From Mobula hypostoma (Eukaryota): a DNA stretch of 64,000 nucleotides. Position 1 is the first letter of the stretch, and the number at the start of each line of letters is the position of its first letter. Below are positions 25,646 to 38,208 of this stretch, piece after piece. A program made the translations under genes and the position numbers. The notes under the pieces are model-generated. The model saw nothing but the letters and a program-made list of their open reading frames with translations, ran no database searches and was not told where the DNA came from. The stretch lies in contig NC_086097.1 of the NCBI RefSeq assembly GCF_963921235.1, positions 58,654,001-58,718,000 of the forward strand, in the 5' to 3' direction.

Positions 25646-28407
25646 TAGGAGCAGAATTAGACCAGTCGGCTCCTTGAATCTCCTTCAACATTCGATCATG
25701 TCTGAATTATTATTCACTCTCAAACCCATTTTCCTGCCTTCTCTCTATAACCTTGGATGGACTTACTAATCAAGAAGCTATCAACCTCCACTTTAAATAT
25801 ATCCAATATCTTGGCCTCCACAGCCATCTATGCTGATAAATACCATAGATTCACCACCCTCTGGTTAACATATTCCTCTTTATCTCTATTTTAAAGGGAT
25901 GGTCTTGTATTCTGAGGCCATGCCCTCTGGTTCAATGCTCTCCCACTATTTAAAACATCCTCTGCACTTCTGTCACAGCAATAGATCACCAATGCAGGAA
26001 AATGTTAGGATATACTTTAGAGTTTAAATGTTACGAACATGCTCAAGGATATATTTAACTAAGAGTTCTGGTTAAAGATGGAAGGTTGCATATTATTACT
26101 CCAAAAACGTGTCACACACATTGATGATGTCATATACATATGATTGACATCGGAAGATCTTTACTTACAGAGAATCATTGGAAATATTCAGTTTAGTTTT
26201 CCAATGGGCACGACTTCAACCAAGAATAGTTTCCATCTTGTTCGAACACATGTAAAATTGATTCTATGTATGCATTGGTACAATAAGGGCTGCAAGTAGA
26301 TTCATTTCTAGGCAAACATTAAAATGCAATGCCCCATTCTTAATCCATTGGCTAGGTTTCTTTAAGATTCAACATTGTGCCTGGTGCCTGCACATGAACC
26401 TACCTGGTCAATCTTCATTGGGGATGCCTGATGCAGCTCATATGCTTTTGTTCCTGCCTGTTGAGCTGCTGCTGATGCTATGTGCAAAGCATTCTTTAGC
26501 AGTTTCAATTTTCCATTTCAAACAGAACACTGTTATAATCCAATAAAATCAATGGATTATGTTCATAAAACCAGACTTTGAAATTTCAGAGTTTTCATCC
26601 AATACACTACAGCATATAACACCTAATCCATGGCATTAATACTCCGGCAAGGATACTTGTGCTTCCAGTAACTACCTGATTTCATTTTAAGGGACTAGTG
26701 TAATTTTTTTTTTACTTTCATGTGCTTACAGCTTAAATATGCAAAACCATAAGTTGCCAATCTACTGGCTGTTCTTGACTGTGCTCTGATATTGGATCTC
26801 TCTGAGCTGAGAAACAATTATTGTATTCATTTCAAAGAAGTGGAACAGCAATGTGCTAAAACCAATTAATAAATATTACACTTATTTCAAGTTAAGATTA
26901 TTTAATGTTTTAATATTTTGAATCTTTATTAAGTGCATTTAAAGGTTTTACATTTTACTTTTTAAATACTTAGTCACCTTCAATATTTTAAAATTGTTTT
27001 TATTGATTTCAATAATTTAAAATATTCTTAAATGTTTCAGAACTTCATAGATTTTCAAAGACATTCATCATTCCTGCCAATTTGACAACCAATTAAGATA
27101 ACAAAGTTTGCTGACAAAGTTCATTCAGTTGTTCCATAAGATGCTATTATGGCATTTGTGATCCTATTTTGCATGAATAGGGTTGGCTTTGTTTGCAGAA
27201 CAAATACAGAATGATAGGGTTGCAAAGTTAACTTCTTGCATTGGTTAGAGGGAAGTCCTGGTAACTTGCTGCATCAGGTTCTAGCCTAAATGTCACTAAT
27301 GATAAGGCTGCACAATGACTTTCAATTGGCTCCCTAGAGCTATTTGAGTGATAGTTATTATAGTTGACAGTGAATAGAAAATATTTATTCACATTGTGAT
27401 AGACCTTTCGATGCAGACAAACACTACGAGGCTTAGAATTATTTAGGGTCATGTGCTTTGATGATTAGCAATAGAGAAGCTTCTCAGAATTTTACAAGAC
27501 TTTTAAGTCTCTGATTGATAAATAGCATTTTAGTATTTATTACTTTCTGACTCATTTATTATATCATATTGATTAAATTAGAGGACTATAATCTACATTT
27601 GATCGCATCATGGTAACATGTGCATTCACACTTAAAACAATTGAATAAAACTAGTTTTTAAAAAAAATCTGTTGGTATCCAATAATAGTGACTGTAAAAG
27701 TACTGAATTGCTATTATAAAGCCACCAGGTCTATTGATGCCCTTTAGGAAGCGAATCTCATAACTTTACCTCCTCTAGACTGTGGGACTCCAGATATACC
27801 ATTTTAATTGAATCTTAAATAGACTAGGGGCAATTAGTTGTTGAAAATTAACATGAGCCTTGTCAGATATCTCCGCATCCTGTGAATGATTAAATTCCAA
27901 AATGACTTTTGTTTCACTGGTTGCCCTTAGGAAATTAAAAAAAACTCAAAATAATTCCTTCCAACAGATGTGTTTTCTGCATTTAAATACTTTATGATCT
28001 TCAATGCTAAATTAAAGTTGGGATTTCAGTCATCTACTCACCTGTTTCTTCAGTGTTTCCTCAACCTCTTCCAAGTGACAATTTTCCTAATGCCAGGTTT
28101 TGTGTTTAGTTATCAGTCGCAGCCTTATCCAGTACATCGATAAGTAGCCAGTCTCAGTAAACAAGTACCTGACGTTATACTTATTGTCCCACAATATACT
28201 CTGCCTTTAAGCTCCTGTGTTATGAACATACTTACCATACAACTATACAGAAGCAATGGGAAATATAATGTTGGATGTTATTCATAACCTGTATCTTCAT
28301 TTACTTTTTTTAAATATACAATCAGCACATATGATAATACTGTTGAAAGCAAAATATAATTTAAACATCCTTAGCAATGAAAAGAATGTTGATGACAAAA
28401 AGACAGC

Positions 28408-28447
28408 ATAGTCCTGATGAAGGTTCTCGGTCCGAAACGTCGACTGT
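28408..28447 (+). ncRNA. Minimal type I hammerhead ribozyme motif, weakened stem II
   Basis: ATAGTC-CTGATGA-A-GGTT-CTCG-GTCC-GAAA-CGTC-GACTGT; it begins a Penelope-derived arm that extends to about 28513. Confidence 0.65.
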
Positions 28448-29172
28448 ACCTCTTCCTATAGATGCTGCCTGGCGTGCTGAGTTCACCAGCATTTTACCAG
28501 TATTTTTTGTGTGATAGGCTTTACAGATGGCCAAATCACATTAATTGCTGGCTGAGAAACTGGGAGATAACATTAACAGAGATTATCTGTCAAGACAAAG
28601 GCAGCAGCTGAACCAAGAGCATGAATCTCCTGTTGCTATGGAATCAGAGAAAGCAACCAGCAATTTTTCAAGGTAGAAACGGAAAAGCTGTAATGAATAA
28701 CTGAGGAACCCTCACTAAATTTTGTACCAGCTATAAACAGTAAAGAGACTTGGGATGCCTCAGGGGGACTAATACTTGTACAAAAATTATAAAGAAAGAG
28801 AAGACCCCCAAGTTCTACTTCTGACTTGGATATAACTGATATAACTTGTTTAAAAGAAATAAGAGTGAAGGTTCAACAGATTTTTGGTGTGTCTCTATTG
28901 TGGACAAACAGAAGCTTGAAAACTTCAGGACATGTATAGTTGATTCCCATTTTAATCCATGGTGAAATAATCATTCAGTAAAGAAATATGTATCCAACTT
29001 CTGCTGAGGTGGATTCAGGTCTCCCATCTCCACTCAGATATCCATGGTGGTAGGTACAAGTTCAAGTTCAAGCTTATTATCATCTGATTGTACATATGTA
29101 CAATAAAACAAAACAGCAAATCACCACAAAGCAAATATTACCTACTGCACACAAAACAAAATATTATCACAA

Positions 29173-29395
29173 ACAACAGGAATTCTGCAGATGCTGGAAA
29201 TTCAAGCAACACACATCAAAGTTGCTGGTGAACGCAGCAGGCCAGGCAGCATCTCTAGGAAGAGGTGCAGTCGACGTTTCAGGCCGAGACCCTTGACGCA
29301 GAGGTGCAGTCCTGACGAAGGGTTTCGGCCTGAAACGTCGACTGCACCTCTTCCTAGAGATGCTGCCTGGCCTGCTGCGTTCACCAGCAACTTTG
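29173..29395. mobile_element. Young palindromic Penelope-derived short element with 15-bp TSD
   Basis: 79-bp arms at 29216-29294 and 29318-29396 with 1 mismatch; TSD AAAATATTATCACAA at 29158-29172 and 29396-29410. Confidence 0.92.
29300..29351 (+). ncRNA. Minimal type I hammerhead ribozyme motif
   Basis: Stem I AGAGGTGCAGTC/GACTGCACCTCT, core CTGACGA(A), stem II GGGT-TTCG-GCCT, GAAA, palindromic ACGT stem III; predicted cut after C29339. Confidence 0.78.
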
Positions 29396-30813
29396 AAAAT
29401 ATTATCACAATAGGTTAACAAAATATAATTCAAAATGAATGTGAAGTGCACAGCACAGGCAAACAGTAAACAGTACAGTAAACAATAAACAGTCCACTGT
29501 CCTAGTGAAAAGACCTTGGTGGTGGCAGGATATTCATTGGTACCACAACCCGAGTGAAGAATCTGTTACCCAGTCTGGCAGTCCTAATCCTGATGCTCCT
29601 GTTCCTTCTTCCTGATAGTAGTGGGTCAGAGAGATTGTGGGATTTCTGCTGGGAATCCTCAGCAATGCTTGGGTCCATATACAACACTCTAGGTAAGTGT
29701 CACAAATAGGTGGGAAGGAGACCCTGGAGTTCCTTCTGATTGCTTTTCCTATTCTCTGTAGGGTTTTGTGGTCTGGTGCCTTGCAGCTTCCGTACCACAC
29801 AATGATGCAGCCAGACAGGATTGCCTTGATGGTGCTCCATAGAAAGTTGCAAGAGTGGGGGTAGGGAGCCTTCAGTGTCTCAATCTCCTTTGAAAGCCTA
29901 TACATTTCTGTGCCTTCTTGACTAGTGAGGAGGTGTTATGGGTCCAGGTTAGATCATCCATTATATGCACACCAGGGAACTTTGTGCTCTTCACTCTCTC
30001 CACGACAGAGCCATTGATGTGCAATGGAAAGTGGTCCACCTGTGCCTTCCTGAAGTCCACAATTGTCTCTTTTGTCTTGTCCAGGTTGTTATTCTCACAC
30101 CATTTGATAAGACCCTCTATCTCCACTCTGTAGGCCAATTCATCATTGTTGCTGATAAGGCCAATCATTGCTGTATCATCAGAGAACCTGATGATGCAGT
30201 TTGGCAGTGCAGTCGTGAGCCAGCCGCGGGCGAGCATACAGCCCTGGGTGGCACCAGTGCTCAGCGTGATGGAGCTTGAGATATTGCTGCCAGCTTGGAC
30301 CGACTGTTGTCAAGCAGTCCAATATGCAGTTACAGAGAGGGATGTTGAGTCCCAACAAGGATAGTTTACACAGCAGCCTCTGGGAGATGATCATGTTAAA
30401 TACAAATCTGAAATCGATGAACAACATCCTAGCATTTTCTAGGTGGAACAGGACAGAGTTGAGGGCCGAGGCTATGGCTTCATGCGTGAACCTGTTTAAG
30501 TAGCCAATGAACTGGAAAGGGTCAACGTAGCTGGAAGGTGGGATTTTATTTGATCTATTACAGCTCCTTAAAACACTGTATGATTTTTGAAGTCAGTGCC
30601 ACTGGGTGGTAATCATTTAAACCAGTTACCATCGGTCTCTTGAACACCCTGGGATGGCAATGGCTGATTTGAAGCCTTCAGGGGCAGTGAACCATTGCAA
30701 AGAGGTGTTAAAGATACCTATAAAGACCTCTGTTAGCTGGACCATCCAATCCCTCAGCACTTGACCAGGTATGTTGCCTGGCTCCACAACTTTATGTGGG
30801 TTTACCCTGGCTA

Positions 30814-31953
30814 AGCTCATCTCCAAACTCCACCAGCTAGGCCTCAGCTCATCACTCTGCAACTGGGACCTGAATTTCTTGTCAGAGCGTTCACAGGTAG
30901 CGAGACTGGGTCCTCACCTGTCCTCCACTACTATCCTGAACACTGGTACACCACAAGGTTTTGTATTGAGTCCCATACTCTACTCCCTCTTCACTTACAA
31001 CTGTGTACCTGCATTTAACACCAATACTATTGTCAAATTCACATACGACACAACAGTGATCGGGTTGATCTCCAACAGAGACAAATCAGCGTACAGAGTG
31101 GAGGTACAGAACTTAGTGAGCTGGTGCTCAGAGAACAACCTGTCTCTTAATACAGCAAAAACTAGGGAGCTAATTATCAATTTTGGAAAGTCACGGGATG
31201 ACGAGTATGCTCTAGTCTACATTAACAGAGACATAGTGGAGAGAGTGTCCAGTTTCAGTTTTCTGGGAATACATATCTGAGAAGACCTCACCTGGTCCAC
31301 TAACACCACAACAATAGCTAAGAAAGCACAGCAACGCTTGTTTTTCCTCAGGACGGTGAAGAAAGCTGGTTTACCTGAACAGATGCTGGTGACCTTTTAC
31401 CGCTGCATCATAGAGAGCATCTTAACATACTGCATCTCTGTGTGGTATCTCAGTTGTACAGCAGCTGATAGGAAAGCACTTCAGCAGGTCATCTCTAGTG
31501 CACAAGTCATCGGGACATAGCTCCCAGCCTGGAGGACACCTACGGCTCACGTTGCCTAAGGAAAGCTACAAGCATCTGTAAGTACAACACACACCCATGC
31601 AATCATCTGTTTGAACTTCTTCCATCTGGCAGATGTTATAAGATTTTCTATGCCCTCACTTCCAGACTGAAAAATAGTTTTTTCCCCAGAGCTATAATTG
31701 CTCTGAACCAATCGATCAAGCATCATCCAGAAATTTGTTACATTGCTACTTTAATACTGGTTTTGTGGCTGTCATGCATCTGAGTTGTGCTTTTTGCTGC
31801 TGGACCTTGCTTGTACTGGCTGGTTACTTGATTTATTTATCGTTTATTTATTTTATTTGTCTTATAGCATTGAGTATGAGAGTTGCAAACTCATTTTTGC
31901 TGTATTGGTGCATGACAACTGTACTATGCAATGACAATAAAGATATTTCATTT
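30814..31953 (+). mobile_element. Second Rex1/Babar-family LINE, 5'-truncated, nested in opposite orientation
   Basis: [32 protein letters not shown]; the 3' end is AATAAAGATATTTCATTTC; CTA occurs at both junctions. Confidence 0.92.
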
Positions 31954-34799
31954 CTAGGATCCTCCTCACCTTAGCCGTGGCCAGACAGTGTGCCTGTTTC
32001 CCAGGGGGAGAGGGGGGCTTTCCTTGATGTCACATCATTCACTGCGAATCGGGAAAAAAATACCAATATATGAGCAGATTGTCCCTGTTCAAATGGGACT
32101 TAATAACTTTTGATCTGGTGATTAATAAAATAAAATATGACTTTCATTTCACAGTGCTCAGTTCAGCTCTAAATATTGCTTTATTGCTTCTCCTGTATAT
32201 TTGAAATCGATTGTTTTTGCCTGGGGCTACTTCACAAAGAGAAAAACAAACTTGTGCAACACATGGAGAAAAAAATACATAATGAACTAGATTTTAGGAA
32301 GTGTACCCTTCTTCTTTATCACACTCCTTCAAGCTGAAATCAATATAAATGTATGTGCAGTATCTTTGTATTTATGCAGATGTAGAACAAATATATTAAG
32401 CAAATTGCCCTTTGAAATGCTAATATTAATACAGCTCTAAAATGATTACAATTAACTCTTTCGTATCTATTATTAAGAATTGTTTCAACACATTTTTGGT
32501 TTGGGATAATTAAATGAACTGTCACACATTTTTATTGCACTAAAAAGGTTCTTCCTATATTCTCAATATCTCATGAGTGGTTGCTGATTTCAGCTGGTGT
32601 TATAAAGGAAGCAAGAAATTCTGTTTTTTTCCATTTCTTTCTCCAGTCCTATCAGGGGTGCTAAATTCTGCTTGACTTCCAGTTACCTGGGTGATAGCAT
32701 TCCTCCTGTATCTCATTAAAAGACCATCTTTAAATACAAGATCAGGCAGTAGATGTTCTCTGACTGTTCATCTATTCAGAGTGATACGATTGAGTGTAGG
32801 CCTAGTTTCTTTCAATACTGGGAAAAAATCATTTCCTAAAGACATGAAATATAATTATTTTTTCTTCTCTCCGGGCATGGAAATCAAAAGCCAATTATGG
32901 TAATTGTACAATCCACTTTATTGAGCCTGACTAATTCAACACAGAATAGGTAAGTAAAGCTTGTACCTCCCTGGTCTAACTGACTCAGTACTATTCTAAA
33001 GGCACCAAATGTCTAATGCCCTGAGAAAACAAAAATGTACATTTATAACATGAAGAACAGAATTCAGCCATGTCATTCACAAATCTAACATGCTTGTTTA
33101 GTTTTTTGCATTGGGAGAATATGGAGGTAATAACTTTGAACGGTTGATGTGTGACATTGATCGATTGCAACAAAGCTGCTGCTCCAGATTCCGTGTACAG
33201 TACAGAAATCTTCTGGCAGTCTAAGGAGGCATGCAGTCAATTGTTACGATCAAGATTGAGATTGAATATCTGACCTTTGAAACTGCAAAACTAAATTCAA
33301 AACTGATTCCCAAATTCTCAGGCATTACATGAATAAGAGACAGTCATTCCATAGCTTATTTCAAAGAGAGCTTCACTTGATTGTCTGGTGACCTCTGAAA
33401 GAGATGCAATTTCTCCTCAATGCTGTTTCATCTCTGATTGTTAGCTCCTGAGACCCGAATATACAGCAAATGGGAAGAGAACTGAAATCATTACAGACTT
33501 GAACTAGAATACTGATCAAGTTCCATTAAAGTTTTTTCCATGAATTATCAGATACTGTTATACATTCTTGGCAGGCTTTTGGCTTGTAACATTAAGTGGA
33601 TTGGGGTGAATATGATCAAATATCTGAAAGTACAAATAGAACAAAAGCACAAAAATATATAATCACAAAAATATATAATTACAAAAATGCACCACAGCTT
33701 GTATTTTCTTGTTTCCATGCTTATTATAAAAAAACAGACATTTGCCATGATTTAATTCACTTGATTCATATTCAGCAGGTTTCTTTCTTCTCTGACTGAA
33801 TCTCTCATTCATGGCTGGCTGAAAAATTATAATGCAAAAGTAGCGACAAGTTATCAGTAGTATCCATAACAAACAGCATCCTAGAACAATTAAATGCTAC
33901 AGTGGATCAAAGGAAATTGGATCATTGCTCTCAGCCTGATTTCTGCTATTTTAGCACTGACATTAAACTTTTGGGCTGTTTCCAAGGATGCTCACCAGAA
34001 CTGAGCCATTGCTTCACTTCTGTTGAATTCAAAGAAAATCAGCTACTATGTTATGTTTGCATAGGTGGGGAGCGCTCCCTTTACCCATTTCTAGTGAGCT
34101 CTATATGTACTATAGTTCTTACATAAGGCATGTAGCCTTTTTGTTTTTCAATTGTGTACAATACTTTCTTTACAGATTTCTATTTCATTCTGCAGGTTTG
34201 CTGCCAAATTTATGAAGATTAAGTTAATGGATGGAGTAAACCCTGAAGCACTTTTGGTAACCCCTTAGCTGGCAGACCACAGCTTTTCAAATTTTAGCTC
34301 CAAGCCTTTCAGATGATTTATGTTCTCTGCTTCATCTCACCTTCCTTCATGCAGACATTTCTTGAATCCTCCAGGACATAGCATTCTGAGGATAGCTAAT
34401 GTGGAAATGGATGACAAAGAATACTCCCTGAGCCTTTTCAGTTCAGTGACCTTAACCAGCTGGGTGTCGACAGGAGCAAAATAAGATATATTAAAACTAA
34501 GGGTGGAAGAGGCATTTTGAAACAGACCATACAGGATTTGCGGTGCATCATGTAACCTAACTATATCTATGTATTAGTCAGTAAATATAAAAGGAATTAA
34601 GAGCAATTAGATGTTCTCCCTTTGTTTTAACTGTTAACGTACTTAGAGAGAAGTTATATTGTTAGCTTTCTGCTGCAACTGTGAAGTGAAACCAGTGAAC
34701 AAGCTGAGACAAGTTCTGGGGAGGGTGGGGACAGAATAGTATTTATGCTGTTTGAAGTGAAACAGTGCCTTTAAAAGAACTTACAATCTACAGTTTTAT

Positions 34800-36390
34800 A
34801 GGAGCAAAAGACATAGGAGCAGAATTAGGCTATTCAGCCCATCAAGTGTTGCCCATCCGGCTGATCCCGGATCCAACTCAACACCACACACCTGCCTTCA
34901 CGCCATATCCTTTCATGCCCTGGCCAATCAGGAAACTATCAACTTCCGCCTTAAATATACGTATGGAATTGGCCTCCATCACAGTCTGTGGCAGAGCATT
35001 CCACAGATTGACTACTCTTTGGCTAAAAACATTCCACCTTACCTCTATTCTAAAAGGTTGCCCCTCAGATTTGAGGTTGTACCCTCTAGTTCTGGAAACC
35101 CCCAACATAGGAAACATCCTCTCCACGTCTATCTGTTTTTTTCAATATTCAGTAGGTTTCAATGAGATCCCATGCATTCTTCTAAATTTCAGTGAGTACA
35201 GGCCCAAAGCTGTCAAACTACTACTACTACATCGACTCAGGCCTAGGGGGCCGGCGTTGGGCACGAACGCTCCTCATATGTTACCCCTTCATTCCCGGAA
35301 TCATCCTCGTAAACCTGCTCTGGGCTCTCTCCAATGACAATACATCTTTTCTGAGATATGGGGCCTAAAATTGTTGATAGTACTCTAAGTGCAGCCTGAC
35401 GAGTGTCTTATAAAGCCTCAGTATTATCTCCTTGCTTTTATATTCTATTCCCCTTGAAATAAGTGCCAACACTGCAATTGTCTTCTTTACCACAGACTCA
35501 AACTATAAATTAACTTTCCTGGGAAACTGGCACAAGGACTCTTGAGTCCCTCAGCACCTCTGATGTTTAAACCTTCTCCCCATTTAGATGATAGTCTACA
35601 TGATTGTTCCTTTTACCCAAATGCATTACTGTACATTTCCCAGCACTGTATTCCATCTGCCACTTTTTTGCCCATTCCTCCAATTCGTCCAAGTCCTGTT
35701 GCGATCGCATTGCTTCCTCTGCACACCTATATTTATATCATCCGTAAAATTTGCCACAACACTATCAATTCCATTTTCCAAATTACTAACAATGTGAAAA
35801 GTAGCAGTCCCAATACTAACCCTTGATGAAAACCACTAGTCACCGGCAACCAACCAGAAAAGACCCCCTTTATTTCCACTCCTGCCTTGTCAGCCATTCC
35901 TCTATCCATGCCAGTATCTTTCCAGTAACACCATAGGATTTTATCTTGTTAAGCAGCCTCATGTGTGGCATCTTATCAAATGCCTTCTGAAAATGTAAGT
36001 AAATGGCATCCACTGCTTCTTCTTTGTCCATCCTGTTTGTTACTTTCTTGAAGAACTCTTGTTGGCCAAGTTTTCCCTTTACAGAAACCATGCTGACTTT
36101 CACTTATTTTATCATTAGTCCCCAAGTACCCTGAAACTTTATCCATAGTAATAGACTCCAACATTTTCCCAAGTCTCCAACACTTAGGCTAACTGGCCTA
36201 TAATTTCCCTTCTTTTGCCTTCCTCCATTCTTAAAGAGTGGAGTGACATTTGCAATCTTCCAGTCCTCTGAGACCATGCCAGAATCATGTCATTTTTGAA
36301 AGATCATGACCAATGCATCTGTTATCTCTTCAGCAACTTCTCTCAGGACTCTGGGGTGTAGTCCATCTGGTTCAGGTGACATCCACCTTA
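34800..36390 (-). mobile_element. Decayed, 5'-truncated CR1 LINE
   Basis: PEPDGLHPRVLREVAEEI, FQKAFDKMPH and SRTRGYNLK..FSQRVVNLWN motifs. Confidence 0.92.
35219..35265 (-). mobile_element. ~47-bp LINE 3'-end insertion with a (TAG)n tail, possibly RTE-type
   Basis: Interrupts CR1 TGTCAAAC|GCTCCTCAT, with AAC on both sides; GC/CpG-rich. Confidence 0.7.
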
Positions 36391-37394
36391 AGACAAGTTT
36401 TATAAATACTTGTACTAATATTTTTTCAAGAAGGTTTACAGATTCCCTGATGAAGATGGCAGAGTTTGTCCTCAAAACATCAGTTAAAATCGATACCAGT
36501 ACCCAGCTGAAGCCCAATAAGGATTATTCATTTACATAAATTGTTTGTCACCTTTATATGACTAGACTTTAATGACTAAGCTTGGAGAAGAAAGAATGAC
36601 TTATCATTCAAAAGACAATATGCCAATCGTCTAGAGTTAAAAAGCATAAACTTTCACTATGTTTGGTTTAATAATTTTTTCTTCACAATGTAATTAAACT
36701 AAACTCAGCATCAAACACTGAAATACTTGCAAAATATAAAAAGTATGTGTTTGTACTTAAGTGCACTAGTGTCTATCTAATCTAATGGCTTGGATGCTAT
36801 AATTTGTGGCGAGCTTCCATGGTTCTCTCCACATCTCCAGACCTGGTCTGCATTTACCTTTGTCACACCCAGCAGAGGAAGGTGGCCAAATCTTCTGTGG
36901 TGACATCCTGTTTGCAGTCGCATTTCATGTGTGAATAGCAGGTGTTGGTGAGTGTCTGGAAATGGGGATGGGCGGAGGAAATCATGCAATGAGCTCAGAA
37001 GCCCAAGTTATACAGACATAGAACACTTAAAGACAAAAACATGTTCAAATAAACTTTCGTCTCTGAAAAAACTAAGCAAAAGATGAACATGTGCTGTACA
37101 TTCAACCTCATAGTTCTCGTCTACTGGAGTCAATGGGGGGAACCTCAATGGAAGAGAACCAAGTTCAATTAGGAGAGGGTTGTTTGAATAGAATCCTTAC
37201 TGTAATTGCTCAGGGATTGCCTCAACTTAACACTCTTCAACTGGACAAGATGAAGAGGCCAATAGTGGAATGCAGCTGAGTAACCACCAGCAGATAATTA
37301 TCAGCAAACTCTGAGTAAGACATATGGCAATGTGTGAGGGAATGGTCAGTATTTCCACATTCTCTCTCCCCACAGAAAATGACCATCATGCTTT

Positions 37395-37683
37395 TGTTTC
37401 AATTAATCTACTTGCTGAAATACAGCAAGCTGACCAATCCATTCCTTTTCTTTACTGTTACAGGAAGCAGATTCTGCAGTTAAAATTCATTTGATTTTTT
37501 AAAAACTAAATTGAAACAGTGTGAGATGTTATTAATATATATAAATTTATCAAGTATGCTGTACTTTTCATTGCATTTGGAGTATAATAAAAATTTAGCA
37601 AATTTGTGTATTACTGGGGCAATATAGTTGGAACTAGTACTATCAAGATTGAATACATGTGGAGTTCTGCTAACATTAAGCCA
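37395..37683. repeat. Source arm of a local inverted duplication
   Basis: Reverse complement of 38209-38495, with about 16 substitutions and 1 small indel by manual alignment. Confidence 0.95.
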
Positions 37684-37989
37684 ATTGCTTTTTATAAATT
37701 TATGCTGTCGCTATTAAAGCTTTTTATTAGATTTAATCCATTCAAAATCAGATCCTGGAGACAAGTTGTGTGTATATGTAAAAAAAAGAGCTGAAAATGC
37801 TGGAAAACACAGCAGGCCAAGCAGCATCTGTGGAAGGAAAAACTGCCTAACTTGCAGCATTATGCAGGCTCACTCTCTCACTCACCGAGTTAGTCAGCTG
37901 GCTGGCAGTTGCTTTTTCCATACCTTCTCACTTTCCCATCTCAGATGTTTCTCTGATTCTCTCCCACACACTGTTTTTGTTCATTTCTG

Positions 37990-38060
37990 CCTTAAACTCA
38001 GCTTAGTTTACAAACGGTTCTCAGAGACGGAACCCTATCATAACCTGGGGTCTGCCTGTA
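37990..38060. mobile_element. Tigger-like DNA transposon terminus
   Basis: The minus strand reads TA-CAGGCAGACCCCAGGTTATGA; no partner TIR was seen. Confidence 0.55.
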
Positions 38061-38208
38061 TCTCGCAAGAACACCTATAAGTGGTTGCAGAATATATATA
38101 TTACAAACTAAAAGTCTGTAATCAAAGGGCCTCACAGTAGTGTAGTGGTGGGCATGACACTATTATAGCTTGGGTCGTCGGAGTACAAAGTTCAATTTAA
38201 GAGTCCTC

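Larger units (their letters stand above)
24409..25970 (-). mobile_element. CR1 3' fragment split by the Tc1-type element
   Basis: ATAAGAC-type tail at 24409-24427; CR1 3' UTR and ORF2 end resume at 25646 (TAGGAGCAGAATTAG). Confidence 0.8.
29057..32045 (-). mobile_element. Rex1/Babar LINE (host), decayed, interrupted by two insertions
   Basis: [30 protein letters not shown] and [19 protein letters not shown]; the tail reads CAAGTTCAAGTTCAAG on the plus strand; the frame resumes at 31954. Confidence 0.9.

Noticed and set aside
29096..29451. Mirror-image ORFs on both strands
   Set aside because: They are an artefact of the palindrome.
34196..34460. Possible exons on either strand
   Set aside because: Splice-like sites are present, but the peptides are unrecognised and no phase-consistent chain could be built.
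36873..36947. AG..GTGAGT-bounded plus-strand segment
   Set aside because: There are stops in all three frames; at most a non-coding exon, with no support.
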